Assembly: GCA_000934665.2 (NCBI GenBank)
Contig: KZ538702.1
Span: 1-52,746, forward strand
Length of the DNA stretch: 52,746 bases
DNA from: Catajapyx aquilonaris
Taxonomy: Eukaryota
Direction of reading: 5' to 3'
The notes beneath the pieces are model-generated. The model did not search any database. It was not told the DNA's origin and saw nothing but the letters and a program-made list of their open reading frames with translations. The translations under genes were made by a program, and so were the position numbers. Positions 40,736-52,746 of the stretch are shown in pieces (the first letter of the stretch is position 1; the number at the start of each line of letters is the position of its first letter).

Positions 40736-41739
40736 GTAGGTGCCGCCTTCTCTTTTGTGTAATTTTACTCTACTCGTCGTTATACAGCATGCGTTTGTAC
40801 CAGTTACACGGTAGGTCGTTCCTGTCAGGAACTTGCTGACTCTTGAGTCGTAGAAACTGCCTTTCCGTGAATTTCCGGAACTGTAGGTTTCCGGGGCTTT
40901 CAGACCTATTGGAGCAGATCATGATGACTGGCTTTTCGTGGCCAGCGTGAAGTTTATGAAAGGATACTTATCATTTTGCCTTCTGCAAACAGTGCATGTA
41001 ATCTACTCTCGAGTCTTTAAAAAAATGCAATCTGTATCATTCAGAAAAAATTTTCATCGTGTTCATGTACAAATGATATTAGTATCGATACAAGCTCAGC
41101 CATAACGTATCACAACATGCCTCATCTGACATTGGTGCGCTCTTTCCAGTGAAAAACAAGTTTTTCAATGCTCCTCTCGTGGAAGGCAGTTCCATGCTCC
41201 TGGAGCCTCTGCGATTCTCACTTTTTCTTGAATTGAGACCTTTTTCATTCAGAGATGCTGCAACGTTCATCATTGTCCTATAGCACAATCCATGAGCTCA
41301 GTAACTCCAACTTCTTTGCTTAAGTAATATATATATATATATATATGTCTAGAAACACGTTGTCACCTACATGAAAAGGCGGTGAAAGGCTCAACGAGTG
41401 GCCTTCTACTAACTGGACAGTCGAACAACTTCTCTTCCGATGGAACAAATGCGCCAACGTCTGAGAATAATATGAAGAATGGCTGAAAAATGGAGAATAA
41501 TGCACTTGCATTTGAACATCTCAGTTTTGGCACTTCCATTAAAATAAAGTGTTTAAAAAGTAAAGACATTAATATGCTTCGCATTAATTTGCTTGAATAA
41601 TCATGATTGTAAATAATAACCCGCTTTATTCTTAGTATTCCAGTTAAGTTGGAGGGGGGGGGGGAATCAAAGATTGTAAATGCGACATTCAAATAGCCTA
41701 GATAAAACTATCCCGACAAGATGACCTATGAAAATTATA

Positions 41740-41790
41740 AAGAAACCCTCACCCAGGAGATCCCTCATCCGGGAATCGAACCCAGTACTT
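41740..41790 (-). mobile_element. Short SINE fragment (B-box region)
   Basis: The minus strand reads ctgggttcgattcccggatgagggatctcctgggtgagggtttct, a B-box followed by SINE-like sequence. Confidence 0.4.
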
Positions 41791-42172
41791 CCCCACATAA
41801 TATTTATTATGATTTACATCAATCTCATCAGTAGGCCAGACTATACAAAATTACCTGAAGGGTTTGTAAGTACCCTGATCCCATTTGCCAAAACATGGAG
41901 TAAAGTGGTGCAAATGAAGAGCGCAAGAAATCGTAAATAATTAATTGCGACTTGGCAGATGGCAGATTAATCCACTTTAGTGCTCGTCGGTGCTCATTAT
42001 ACAGATATTTAAGCTTCCGTACATTGCCCCGAGAAGCATGCAATACCAGAAAGTGTCTTTCCATTTGCAAGGGATTCGAGCCACTTTAGTCTCACAAACG
42101 ACCTCAACCTGTAAGCTAATTCTGACAACCCAGGCACGTTGAGAAGAGTTACAGCAGTACAGTCGCCCAAGA

Positions 42173-42540
42173 GACTCTGTAGTTTAGTGGTAAAACACAT
42201 GCTCTCTCGAGTGTGTACCTGGGTTCGATTCCCAGCAGAGGCGCATGGGTCTGACGCTGCTCTCTATATGCTCACTCTGCATTTTGTCACTCCGGGACAC
42301 TAAAGTGGCCGAATGTTGCGTGTAAGTAGTTGGCCACTGCGGCACCAGTCCTATTAGGCGACAAAGTGGGCAAATGGGTGTGGCGGGTGATCAAAATGGC
42401 AGAATCATGCACCGTTGCATTTTGCATACACTGTACAGTACATTACACTCACACCGGCATCATCTTGGCTCGAATCCCACATTGGCTAGGAATACAGGAA
42501 GGACAGGGAAATCGCAAAGGTCGTTAAATGACACCATCAA
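42173..42540 (+). mobile_element. tRNA-derived SINE (tRNA-like head 42173-42243); 3' limit approximate
   Basis: A-box-like tagtttagtggtaaaac, B-box/T-arm ctgggttcgattcccag and acceptor-like stem gactctg/cagaggc. The anticodon arm is degenerate and no poly-T terminator follows. Confidence 0.6.
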
Positions 42541-43061
42541 GAAAGGACGATGCACTATTGCTCTTGCAGCTTTTCAAAGGGGTTCTTCCCTGTCCCTTCA
42601 CCTCCTCTTCTAATAATAGAGCCCTTTCGTGTACTGTCACGCCTCATTTTTACTTGTCCACCTTTCGGGATAAAATGTCCACATTTCTCTTTTCCCCCCT
42701 TTCCCCACAAGATTTTGGCAAGTTTTGCTCGTTTTCTTGCGGTGATATGGCGCGGAAAAGCGTTTGAAACACGAAACAGAGACCGCGTGAGTTACGACCT
42801 CGTCGAGTGAGATGGAAAGGGTGGGCTTAACTACAGTGAAAAATTTCAACCAGACGCGCCAGCCCTTAAGGTGTCTGTCCAGCAATTGCGACACAGGATG
42901 TCACTACACGGGGATTCCCCTTTTGCTTTGAACTCATCATGTTGGGACTGGTCGCATTTACATAATATCCGATCAACTGGACGAGCACACGAGGCACCAG
43001 GGGGCTCGCCTATGGCGCAATATCAACAAAACTATATGATAATCCTGATTTCCCCCCCCCC

Positions 43062-43198
43062 NNNNNNNNNNNNNNNNNNNNNNNNNNNNNNNNNNNNNNN
43101 NNNNNNNNNNNNNNNNNNNNNNNNNNNNNNNNNNNNNNNNNNNNNNNNNNNNNNNNNNNNNNNNNNNNNNNNNNNNNNNNNNNNNNNNNNNNNNNNNN
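43062..43198. other. Assembly gap (137 N) between a poly-C and a poly-G run
   Basis: N run with C-run at 43052-43061 and G-run at 43199-43214. Confidence 0.99.
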
Positions 43199-46100
43199 GG
43201 GGGGGGGGGGGGGGTGCAGTCATTGGCAACATCTGCCTCGTGACCTTTTCCCCAGCCACCAATCAATGTGTAATCAACACGGGGTATGGGTTGCTGTAGC
43301 ACCGACCAACTTGCGTGGGTTTTGCAGATCCGCTTAGGAAGGAGGGTGTGCTTTTGTGCGGTTGTCTTCGGCCCTAAGATCTTTAATAAAAGGTGAAAGA
43401 AGACGAGCGGATGTTGAGTCTATTTTGGGGAACCAAGAGAAAAGCCTGTTGGGGGTCAAATAGGTGTGGGTTCAGAGAAGCTGGTGGGGGTGAGGTCAAA
43501 GGCTACACGTGGGAGTCTCCTATATAGAAATTGTTAGTGCTATACTGCACTTACAGATACGACAAAATATGGTCTGGATACACGATCCTGTACACGATTA
43601 ACATCATATCGCCCTTAGTGAAAACGTTATTTATTGTCAACAATATTAAGGTCATCCGCCAGATTATGTGCCTGTGTGGGTCTATAATGCAACAAAACTG
43701 ATGGCGTAAGATAAATATGGTGGCACTCTCGCGTTCTGGCAACAGCTTCCTGATTCATTGCGTGGAGGGCAGTTTCGTCATACATCGTTTGCACAGAAAA
43801 ACATTGCGGGAAAATTCCGGGAATTCTTTTCAACATGCTTGTGTGTTACGGATGGCTGCACAAAACCTAGCAAGTATATGCATAAAAATGATTCTCAGAT
43901 ATGCACTGCGCGGCGTGTGTGTATTTTCAAAAACTTCGGTTTTTACTACTTTCACATTAAAATTAATCCTGATGGCACAGTCTTTGGTAAGTTTCACACC
44001 GCAAGCATAAGAAGTGACTTCAACTACTACTGTGAGAATTGACGCGTCAAAGTCGCAGTACTGTACAGTACATGTTGCATAAGTGCGTCTAGAAGACTTT
44101 TGGAAGAAAAAAAAAACTTTCTCAGTTATAGGTGAAAGCTTTCACACTTTGCCATTCGCCGCATGACATCATGCACGATTTTTCTATAGTATTGTTTGAG
44201 ACAGCTGCCAGAACTCGTTTCAGTATAGAGCAAGTAATTCAAACTGAAAATGTAATTTCAAATTGAGAGAGTTTAGTGGAGAAAATAATATTTTACTTGG
44301 GAGACCTTGGTTTGATCCCAATAATTCGTTCTGGATAGTGTGATTGAGTTTGTTGCAGTTTTCTTTCAGGTAACAGTTTCGAGATTGATAGGAGAGTTCT
44401 TAAGACATACGGTATTTTTAAATAATAAAATGATAATTACTTTCCCATGTACAGTATAGAAAAGTAGTCGAGTCCTACAGTTCCCGTCATATTTAAAGGT
44501 GCAGTATAATTATGGTCCATATGGGCTGTAATATCTAACATCCTACTGTATATAATTTACTGCACCTCACATGTGTAGATTCCGGTCCATTTTTTTCATA
44601 ATCAGCTCATCCAAAACAACGCAATAAAAAGCAAATCATTAACCGTATCGAGTATGCAAGAAGTAAGTCATTGTGTGGCAGTTATTGTTCAGATAATAAG
44701 CATTGTGGTCAATCAATTCATTCAGGTCGCAATTGTTTCAAGCCTAGCACTCAGTTTATCTAGAGCAAAAGGTATAATGCAGTAGCTAAACAGAAGTTGT
44801 GAAAAACGTACTAATTGACGTTCATACTCAAAATGAAGCAATTAAGCTGCACTATATTGTTTGAACTTAATCATTGTTTTACATCCTTTAATTACTACAG
44901 TAGTTCCAATATAGAAGTAATTCATTAACGATACGCATACATTTAATTAATTATTATATTGTAGATGATACCTATAATACACTATATGGTTCATATTATT
45001 ATGAGCCGACATGACTGTGTGGTTTTAGAGAACACATATCCTTTGAGGTATAATCCGAATGGTTTTTTTTTTTGTCACAGACTACTTTCTTTACTCTCAT
45101 TTTACGATGTTTTCCACTTCTCCCTTGGATGGAGTCCGTGTTGGCATTGAAAGAGGTTAATAATTTAATTGGCACAGAGAACTGATGCAGCTGCCTCCGG
45201 CTGGTACTGGCGGAGAAGAAATATTGCCGGAACACGTGGATGACTCGAAAGTAACACTCGACAATTAGACCATAATTAATATTGCTTCGTGAATGAGTAA
45301 TAATACTGTACTATACGCAGGTAGTATGCTAATGTGGTCTAATGAAAGTCCAATTTGTAAAATTGAATTATCAGTGACTGGTAATAACTGTGACATTACT
45401 GTTACACTTTTAAAAAATGATTTTGACACATGCAGAACTGGTCCTTTGCCACGGCTCTACATGATTTCATAAGCTGCAGATTCATTGCCTGGTCTTCCTG
45501 GATTTATACAGCAGTATTATATAATTATTGAGCTTACATTCGTATTGGTGAAATGGGTTAATCACAACATAGTTATGGAGGTTGGAACATATTTAGAATG
45601 CGTTTTTTTCTTCATTTGAACACCTGCATTTATTTTAATTTTATCAATTTTATATACCAGTATACCTGTAATAGGACATCATTCTCGAGGTCGAGCGTTT
45701 GGCCTTTATTTTTTGCGCTCTGGTAATAGACAATATGTTACAATTTCGACCACATAGACTTAAATATTAAAAAGAAACCTACTGGAAATCTATTTTGAGT
45801 CCGTAAACAACATGCGCCAACTGGTAGTAATCGAGTAATGGGAAGAACAGTGGCATTGGTGGAAATCCTAATTCGATTTGTAGTCATTCTTTTGTTCAAA
45901 TTCCAGTGGAAAACTGACATGGTCAGATATTTTGAATGAAACTAGTCAGTTACTGCATATATGCAATTGCTGTTAAAATAATGATTATAATACGTCACAC
46001 CAATATGTTTTTACTTTTATTATGACTGCATATTCAAGCTATCAGTTAAGACTGGACGCAAATCATTGCGTTTTACCTGCAAGAAATAACATTACACATT

Positions 46101-48125
46101 CTTGTTAGGTAGTATTTTATACCTCTCTGGAAAACACACTACTGAAGTCTGCATCACGGTACAGTACCTTCACAACATGGAAATGCTCATATTTTTCCGC
46201 AACCAGAGCGGGATTAAAGAGCGCCACTGCAGCGTACAGTAATAGTGTAAGTGACATAATGGTACATAAATCCCTATTAGACATCTCGTATAACTGGGTG
46301 CAGGAGTAGGCCTAGTACAGGCCATAATATTATAGTGACAATTTCTGGAACAAACTGCATTTATCTCAAGTAATAAAAATATCACCAGCATACGACATTA
46401 TAATGGGACTTTAATGACCTTTACTTGTGAAAACCTGAAATGGAGAACGATCAGAGTCGCATTTGATTGATTCCGAGCTGGGAAGATTTGAAGCTTGAAT
46501 ATTTTAATTGGTTAAATTTAAAATTGGTAGGTCACGTTTGAAACCTAGTTGTAAGTTTTTAAACCACAAACAACCTCTGAATATTCCGTACTACAATAAT
46601 TATGAGTTATGAATTACATTATGGATTTTGATGTTACAGTGTTATGTTTACACAGATTATGCTATAACGTGCAAATTCCAGCTTTGCTCTGAAGGCCCTG
46701 GGGAAGTATACCGTATGATCAGAATATATAGCATATACTGTAATTAATTCATTATACGGTGTTATAAATGCTGGAAGGCATAAAATTAGATTATAATGGT
46801 GTTAATTTTTATATCCCATAGTTTGTAGCCTATATACTCTGAATGGAAGGGTTATAGCTTATACATTTATCATATTATGAAACTTACAGCAGCTCAAAAA
46901 TATGCAACGCTCATGGCATGTGCAGTATACAGTTCAGTACAATAATGAAGCATTGTTTTCAATGCAGAAATAATGAACAATTATATTATAAAGGTACATT
47001 ATTAATTCAACCTCCCTTTACCTTTTTGCGATGTAAAATATACGACAGTATGCACCCGGTTTCATATGTGATGATAATATTATACGTACTATAATCCTGT
47101 TCTAATCCGAATTATAAACTCCAAAACATACCGTATATCTGGCTTGCTAAACTACTTGTCAGCATGCACCGATTGGAATTATGCTTTCTCTAACACCATA
47201 TTTTCTTCACATCACTGTTACTCATAACGTACGGTACTGACGTACTGTATAGTGTATACTGCACGCTTAATACATTAATCATGTACTAGGTTAATGTACT
47301 GTACGCTTCGATATAGGCACTAAAATGCTCAAAGAATAAAAGTCAGCGGAGATTCCTGTAAACTCTTTACTGTAGCCTACTCAACGCTACAGAAATTGAA
47401 GCTTTCGCAATCAAAGATCTTGCTCTTGGCGCACTGTCCAATTGAATTCTTCTACTCGAATCTTTTTGCCTGGTGTCTTCATTTGGGAAGACGGACTGAA
47501 GCAGCTCTAATAAATGAATATAAAGCGAATATATCACAGCAAAGAAGGTAATGAACGTGTTAATCTCAAATGCATTTGCAGTGCTTGAGTTGGGAGAGCG
47601 TGACAGAAGTACCATACTTGTAGCGTAATAGCTTCGAAATAATTAATTGTTATCGGTCTCGCTGCTCCTGTTTACGAAGGATCTGCGAGTCAGTGCCCTC
47701 ATTTTCCTGTAATTCATATTAAGTAAATTTGGGTGATAGGCAAGCTCTACCTACTCAGATTTTAGGACGCAGTCAGGTTAAAAGGGATTCAAGCTTTGAC
47801 ATCTAGCCGACTGGATCACATCTCAAGATATAGCCTGCAGCCATCCTAAGTGCTCTGCAATGAATATGGAGTAGTCGACGGCTTGATTATTTAGTTAGTG
47901 AGATTTTGGATTCAAAATGTATTCTGGCTATATTGGGCATGAAAATCAAATCATTTGAGAATGGAGAGAGCGGAGACACAAAATCATGTAATTATAGCGT
48001 TAAAATAACTACATTGTACCGGTCTGTGCTCTATTTTACTGACGTCACAATCTTTGTTTTTAAAAATAAATAAATAAATAAAATCACGACACAGGCTAAT
48101 ATCGATGTGCTCATAGTCACATTAA

Positions 48126-48600
48126 AGGGACACTCCACTCAAAATGCAAGTTGGGCTCTAAATATTGGGGAAAAAATCCTGATTCCGAGGGTATAAGCAG
48201 TGTTTCTGAGAGACGAACAGTAAGGCCAGGGCAAGCCGTCAAAATTCGGCAATTCGTATCTGCCGCACAACAGTAGCGCCTCCCCCGGGACTTGGCAGAA
48301 ATGGGCTTAAGGTCGCGCCATCTCTGATCGACGCCATCTTTGGTCTCTGCCACAGCTTCATCCCGACCCACGACCCTAAACCATTTTCGCCTAGTAGGCC
48401 TACCCGGTGGCGGCTCTCGCGGCGGCGGCGGAGTGGACTGGAGGGGCACCTCACTAGCAGACAACGCAAATTCTGAGACTTTAACGCCTCGTCCTGGCTT
48501 TTCCGTTACGCATAGAAAAAAAAAACCGATTGCACCTTCGGAATCAGGATTTTTTTGCCCGATTTTTAGAGCCAACTTGTATTTTGAGTGGAGTGTCCCT
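48126..48600. mobile_element. Kolobok-type non-autonomous element (475 bp)
   Basis: TTAA on both sides (48122-48125, 48601-48604). TIRs of ~70 bp (agggacactccactcaaaatgcaagttgg... / ...ccaacttgtattttgagtggagtgtccct). RR (AG) termini fit Kolobok rather than piggyBac (CCY). Confidence 0.85.
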
Positions 48601-50598
48601 TTAACAATATGCTGAATTATACGCTACAAGTCGTAACCATTGCAGATGTAGTAATTTGATCGGATTATAGGATTTGAAAAACACGCGCGTCAACTTTTGA
48701 TACTCCACCTTCGAGGACCTTCGCATCGCTTCAGCCATCATTCCATCAAACTAATGGATTTACAGAACCTAATAAGAGACGATCCTAGTTTTTTTCCGCC
48801 TTCAGCAGTAAGTTAATAACACCCCACAACGTTCCCCTCCATGAAGATTTATACTGTAAGCATAAATCGAAACCTCTTTCCCAACACTAAAACGGATATT
48901 ATTACAAGATTCAAGAGGGAATCATCCAAAGTTTCTCTCCTCTTCATATCCCAAACTACATCTCTCGAATGAGCTTCACCATCAGGTTTATTTTAAATCT
49001 ACCCCCATCCCATTAATTTGAGTCCAACTTTTGCAAACCCTCTTTAAAACAACATGCTCATAATTTATTGAAGCCCTTTGCAATTCTCTAGTTGGTCAGA
49101 ATTGGTCGTAGCCATAGCTATAGAAGCCAATAGTTCTCGCCAGCTTGTGAACACACATACTAACGATTATACAAGCAACAGCCTGACCCGCCACATCCAT
49201 GCAACCAGAAGCAAACCCAATTTGCAGGCTGTGGATTCTAGTCGCGGCCTCACCCATAAAGCCCCTTTTACTCTCGGCACCTCTTCCCTCCAGCCGTCCA
49301 TCCTACTTTGCCTCTACTACTTGTGGGGAAACCAGAACAAAAAAAAAATCTAGGAACCAACGGAGAAGGCGTTTCCTCATCCATCATACTCCAATGTTAG
49401 TCGAATCTTGTGAGACACTTTTGGTCGCCAGTGGAGAGGATGCTTGGCCACCAGGTCATGCACGTTGGTACTCATCAGAGATTGCACAAAATGTTCTATA
49501 CGTCGATGGTAGGCGGCTCAAAACGTTGGCATTCGTTTTTGATCATAAATGCGCAATGGTTCCATAATTTGCATACGTTTGGAACTTTTAGGGGATTCGT
49601 GCATATGCCTGTGGGCTTACGTTTGAGATCTGTTCTCAAACGTGCTTCGTATCGTGAAGCAAATGATAATAATTAATGACTGGTCCTGGATATAGGAAGC
49701 TATGGTGGTTTTGCATGAATTGTGGGCTCTTGTGCTCGAACGGTAGAATTTAGTCCATGCAAAATGGCAATTTTGATTTTATTGCAGACTGAAACTTGCT
49801 CTGCTATTAGGTGGAAACTCATATCGCGAGATTACATGACTTGCACACATTTAATGCAAGAGCTGCAGCTGCTGCGCGACAAAGTTGCATCAAATAATGA
49901 GTTGAATCGGTGAATGTTACAAGAGTGCAGAAAGCTTTTTGACTAGAATCTGAGACAGAAAATAATGTAATTAACACCTCTTTTTACAACCAAAAATCGA
50001 ATGTAAGGCGAAACCTGCACGATTACTATTCTTGTATCATATTACGCAGCAGCAAAGCAGTATAAACCGTTATGGCAAATTCTGCTATGTATACAGCCGG
50101 CATGCTTAGTTTACGTTTGCATTTATACGAGCATCAGCATTGTAACAAATAGCTTCTTTTATTGCCGGCCTGCATAAGCAACTTACCCCACAAGAGACAG
50201 CAAGTATACAATACAAGGTCTAAAACAGCTGCACACAAGTCTGATGAAACAACTCTCTGATGCAAGTTCAAGTGGGTTCTTACAATCACATCATTTTGTG
50301 GTCGATGCTCCAAGAGTATATAACGCACAGTTCTGCAAACTGTTGCATTTCGTTTACAGCATAATGCGTGCCAGCATAATAATTTTCTCGGCCTTACGCA
50401 AGGTCTTCCCAATGTGACTCGATTTGGCAGCCTTGGTTGGTGTCAAAGAGACAAGACACGAGGCAGTTGAGCCCTGTATTTTTAGCACCCGCTAACTTCT
50501 ATCCAGCCTGCGTATACTGTACGAGGATGGGGGTAGCCAAGGAGAAAAGAAGTGGTTTTCCTTGAAGGGATTGATTGCTTACCGTTGTCATTTTCCAG

Positions 50599-50681
50599 AT
50601 GACGAGTCTCAGCAGTCGGTCTGCGTCATGCTGAATGGTGAAGAATCGGAGATGAATTTTGTCGCCATATTGAATCCAAAG
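50599..50681 (+). CDS. Rgk: RGK GTPase exon, beta2-beta3 region ((D)DESQQSVCVMLNGEESEMNFVAILNPK); absent from ORF track
   Basis: The acceptor gtcattttccag|AT completes GAT with the phase-1 G of the previous exon. The donor AAG|gtaagc is at 50682 (phase 0). The sequence resembles the RGK/Ras segment 'SVxLDGEExEL'. Confidence 0.88.
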
Positions 50682-51043
50682 GTAAGCCAACGACGTAAAT
50701 TGGACTTTTTATCATACACGCACTGGTGTTGACGTTCTTCCACAACAGGAGTTGGACATATACTGTATGCTAGGAAAGCACAAAATAGCTCATGACAAGC
50801 TCAGGCTGTTGGGGAATCCCGCCTAGCAAGGGGTAATTCCGTTCTGATATAATGTGTGTTCCAATATTGACATATCCGTAGTGGTTAGCAATTTTTGGCA
50901 CTGAGAGTTACTTTTAGTGGTAGCTTGCATTATGTTGAATTGAAGCATTCAAGCCCGAATTTTAGAAGGATGCTAATATTAGTAGCTAATATTTTTGATA
51001 ACTCCAAAAACTGATTGTTTCTAAGTAACTCTTTAATAATAAG

Positions 51044-51108
51044 CAGCTTAATGGAAAAAATTACGAACCACTCTATATATTGTGGTTGGTAATTTTTTCA
51101 TTAAGCTG
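51044..51108. repeat. 65-nt near-perfect hairpin in RGK intron 4
   Basis: cagcttaatggaaaaaattacgaaccac-(10 nt)-gtggttggtaattttttcattaagctg, with one bulge and one mismatch. Confidence 0.85.
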
Positions 51109-52746
51109 AATAGTAAATGCATTCTGCTTAATAACAGTAATTATTTTAGATACGTGGAAAATATCGCCAATTTTCCCCTTAAATATGTGGAAATATGCAT
51201 TCGTGGAAGCCTTTTCCACTTGAAGTAAGTGTAAAATATTGTTCACTTTTTTCCACTTAAATCAGTGCAAGACATTTCAAATTATATAAGTGGAAACTGA
51301 ACAAGAGTGGACGGACAATTCAATTGGAACACACTAACCAATGCTCTTTCCTATCACCTTGAAACAGATTGGCATTATGTTACAAATACAAAGTGTTCCA
51401 GAATGAAACCCAGACCATCATGAACACAAGAACTATCACCAATCTCCTGTTCAAGGATAGAACTACGACACCAGCAAAGTGTCTTATTGCATAGAACCCT
51501 CTGATTACCATAACGAGTGAGGTCTCGGCTAGTTACATTTCTAGGCAGGCAAATCCTCCCTTCTTCTAATGTTTCCGAGTGCCCTTTTGCATATTTCATG
51601 CTCTCATTTCCGGATTATTTACTCACTGCTCAATCCCCGGACGCTGATTTTTTGTTTCCCGCATGTTAAAACTTTCAAGGTTTTAAGCATTAGGACCAAG
51701 GTTAAGACTCGCTACTATACGTTGCGTGGGGAAGTAGAGACAATCTCTTGGCACAAAGGCACTCGAGGAAGCCAATTAAATCCTGGAATATGACAGGGCT
51801 CGCTAACCACGCAGTCTTATTCTCCAAATTAATTACAAATCAAGGTAGCTGTTATTTCCCCTAAGTTTCTTTTGGCTCTAAACGGATGCTGCTTATAAAA
51901 AGAAAGAAAAAAAGTCTTGATCGGATTTCCCCACCCACTTTGTCCTATTTTGCTTATTTTTTTCCTTTTTCGGGTGACGTTCCCAATAGCATTATAAGCT
52001 TTGCAAGTGAAGGGCGGCCCGATCCGGAGGCGACGGATCCAGAGACCGGAAACCGGATCTGGGACTAACTAGGCTTCTTTTCACGCCTTCAGACCGAAAT
52101 AGGCTTAGCTCTGAAAGTACGTTTCGTCACCAAAATAACGTCCCTTTCCGTTTCTCCTGTCCCAAATGTCACAGGCTAGGCACGTGCGAGTATATGGCTC
52201 CTAAATCACCGGCAGTGATTTATTATCGAGTTTATAATCAGAGTGACAGCATAAAGGGCATATTTTTAGCTTTGCACTTGAGAGTACTTGTCTGCTGTAA
52301 AACATACGCTGGCCTTGTCTTCTACTTAAAATGTTAAAACCGTATTAAGATTACACGATATTGCACGTTTTTAAGTTCATTTCCGCTTATACCACAATCT
52401 AAAACCGGTACTATGGGGCTCAAATGGTTTTGGCCGCTTTATCCTGGTCTTGAAGCAACCCTTCGCACAGGTCCCACGGTGAGCAAGTGTGTCTGTGCGA
52501 AGGGTTGCTTCAAGACCGGGATAAAGTGGCCAAAACAATTTGAGCTCCATAGTACATACAGGTCAGAGGAATTGAATCTCACAAACAGATTAACCCCTTC
52601 GGCCCCAGATCGGCCCGAACCACACAGTTTTTGGCTTACGCGTACTCCGAAGATACGGACAAGATATTTTGAAAATAATAACAGCTATACTTACGAGATC
52701 TGGGAAAACCCTATGAATGTGTCTGGAACCATTTTACTCGTCTAGA

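Larger units (their letters stand above)
21343..50681 (+). other. Rgk: RGK-family (Rad/Gem/Rem-like) small GTPase gene, partial (3' exons beyond window); introns 21543-21712, 22237-40429, 40736-50598, 50682->end
   Basis: Four exons join in frame with GT..AG boundaries (phases 2,1,1,0) to give 371 codons. The motifs RSFSFTSKGGVINRGDSFRR, VAMMGAQGVGKTTLISQFMTSE and SVCVMLNGEESEM resemble invertebrate RGK proteins as I recall them. The paralog is not determined. Confidence 0.88.

Noticed and set aside
40414..40839. 141-aa ORF as a complete small GTPase
   Set aside because: Only 40430-40735 is exon; the flanks are intron read-through and lack G3-G5.
43052..43214. Poly-C / poly-G inverted structure
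   Set aside because: It flanks an N gap and most likely reflects sequencing or scaffolding failure at homopolymers.
44497..44567. Short inverted repeat aggtgcagtataattat / ataatttactgcacct
   Set aside because: Possibly a Kolobok-like remnant (left TTAA only), but too short and degenerate to call.
9602..48047. CRE palindromes TGACGTCA (9602, 30190, 48040)
   Set aside because: Three 8-mers in 53 kb is weak evidence, and one lies inside a MITE TIR.
48117..48615. Opposing ORFs sharing 'PSESGFF...LxFEWSVPL'
   Set aside because: An artefact of translating the two TIRs of the Kolobok-type element.

Overview
This is eukaryotic, AT-rich animal genomic DNA, probably arthropod (inferred from the gene motifs and repeat types), not a prokaryotic region. 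The one well-supported gene is a spliced + strand RGK-family small GTPase (Rad/Gem/Rem-like, invertebrate Rgk type). Four phase-compatible coding exons can be read by hand: 21343-21542, 21713-22236, 40430-40735 and 50599-50681. Together they give 1113 nt = 371 codons, and the gene continues past the right edge. The protein has a long Ser/Pro/Arg-rich N-terminus, an RSFSFTSKG(G)VINRGDSFRR motif and an intact P-loop (GAQGVGKT), but it apparently lacks the G3 aspartate. The rest is intergenic or intronic. It holds at least ten non-autonomous TIR elements (hAT-, Tc1/mariner-, Kolobok- and EnSpm-like, several with clean TSDs), a decayed mariner, tRNA-derived SINE relics, microsatellites, several near-perfect hairpins and one assembly gap. 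Almost all ORFs in the supplied track are spurious. I see no evidence of a new multi-gene system. The best leads are the degenerate G3 motif, candidate splice regulation of the RGK gene (tandem donor, 8-nt poison microexon), an excess of TA-core-TA motifs resembling transposon excision footprints, a perfect DR1 nuclear-receptor element and an orphan Cys-rich exon-like ORF.
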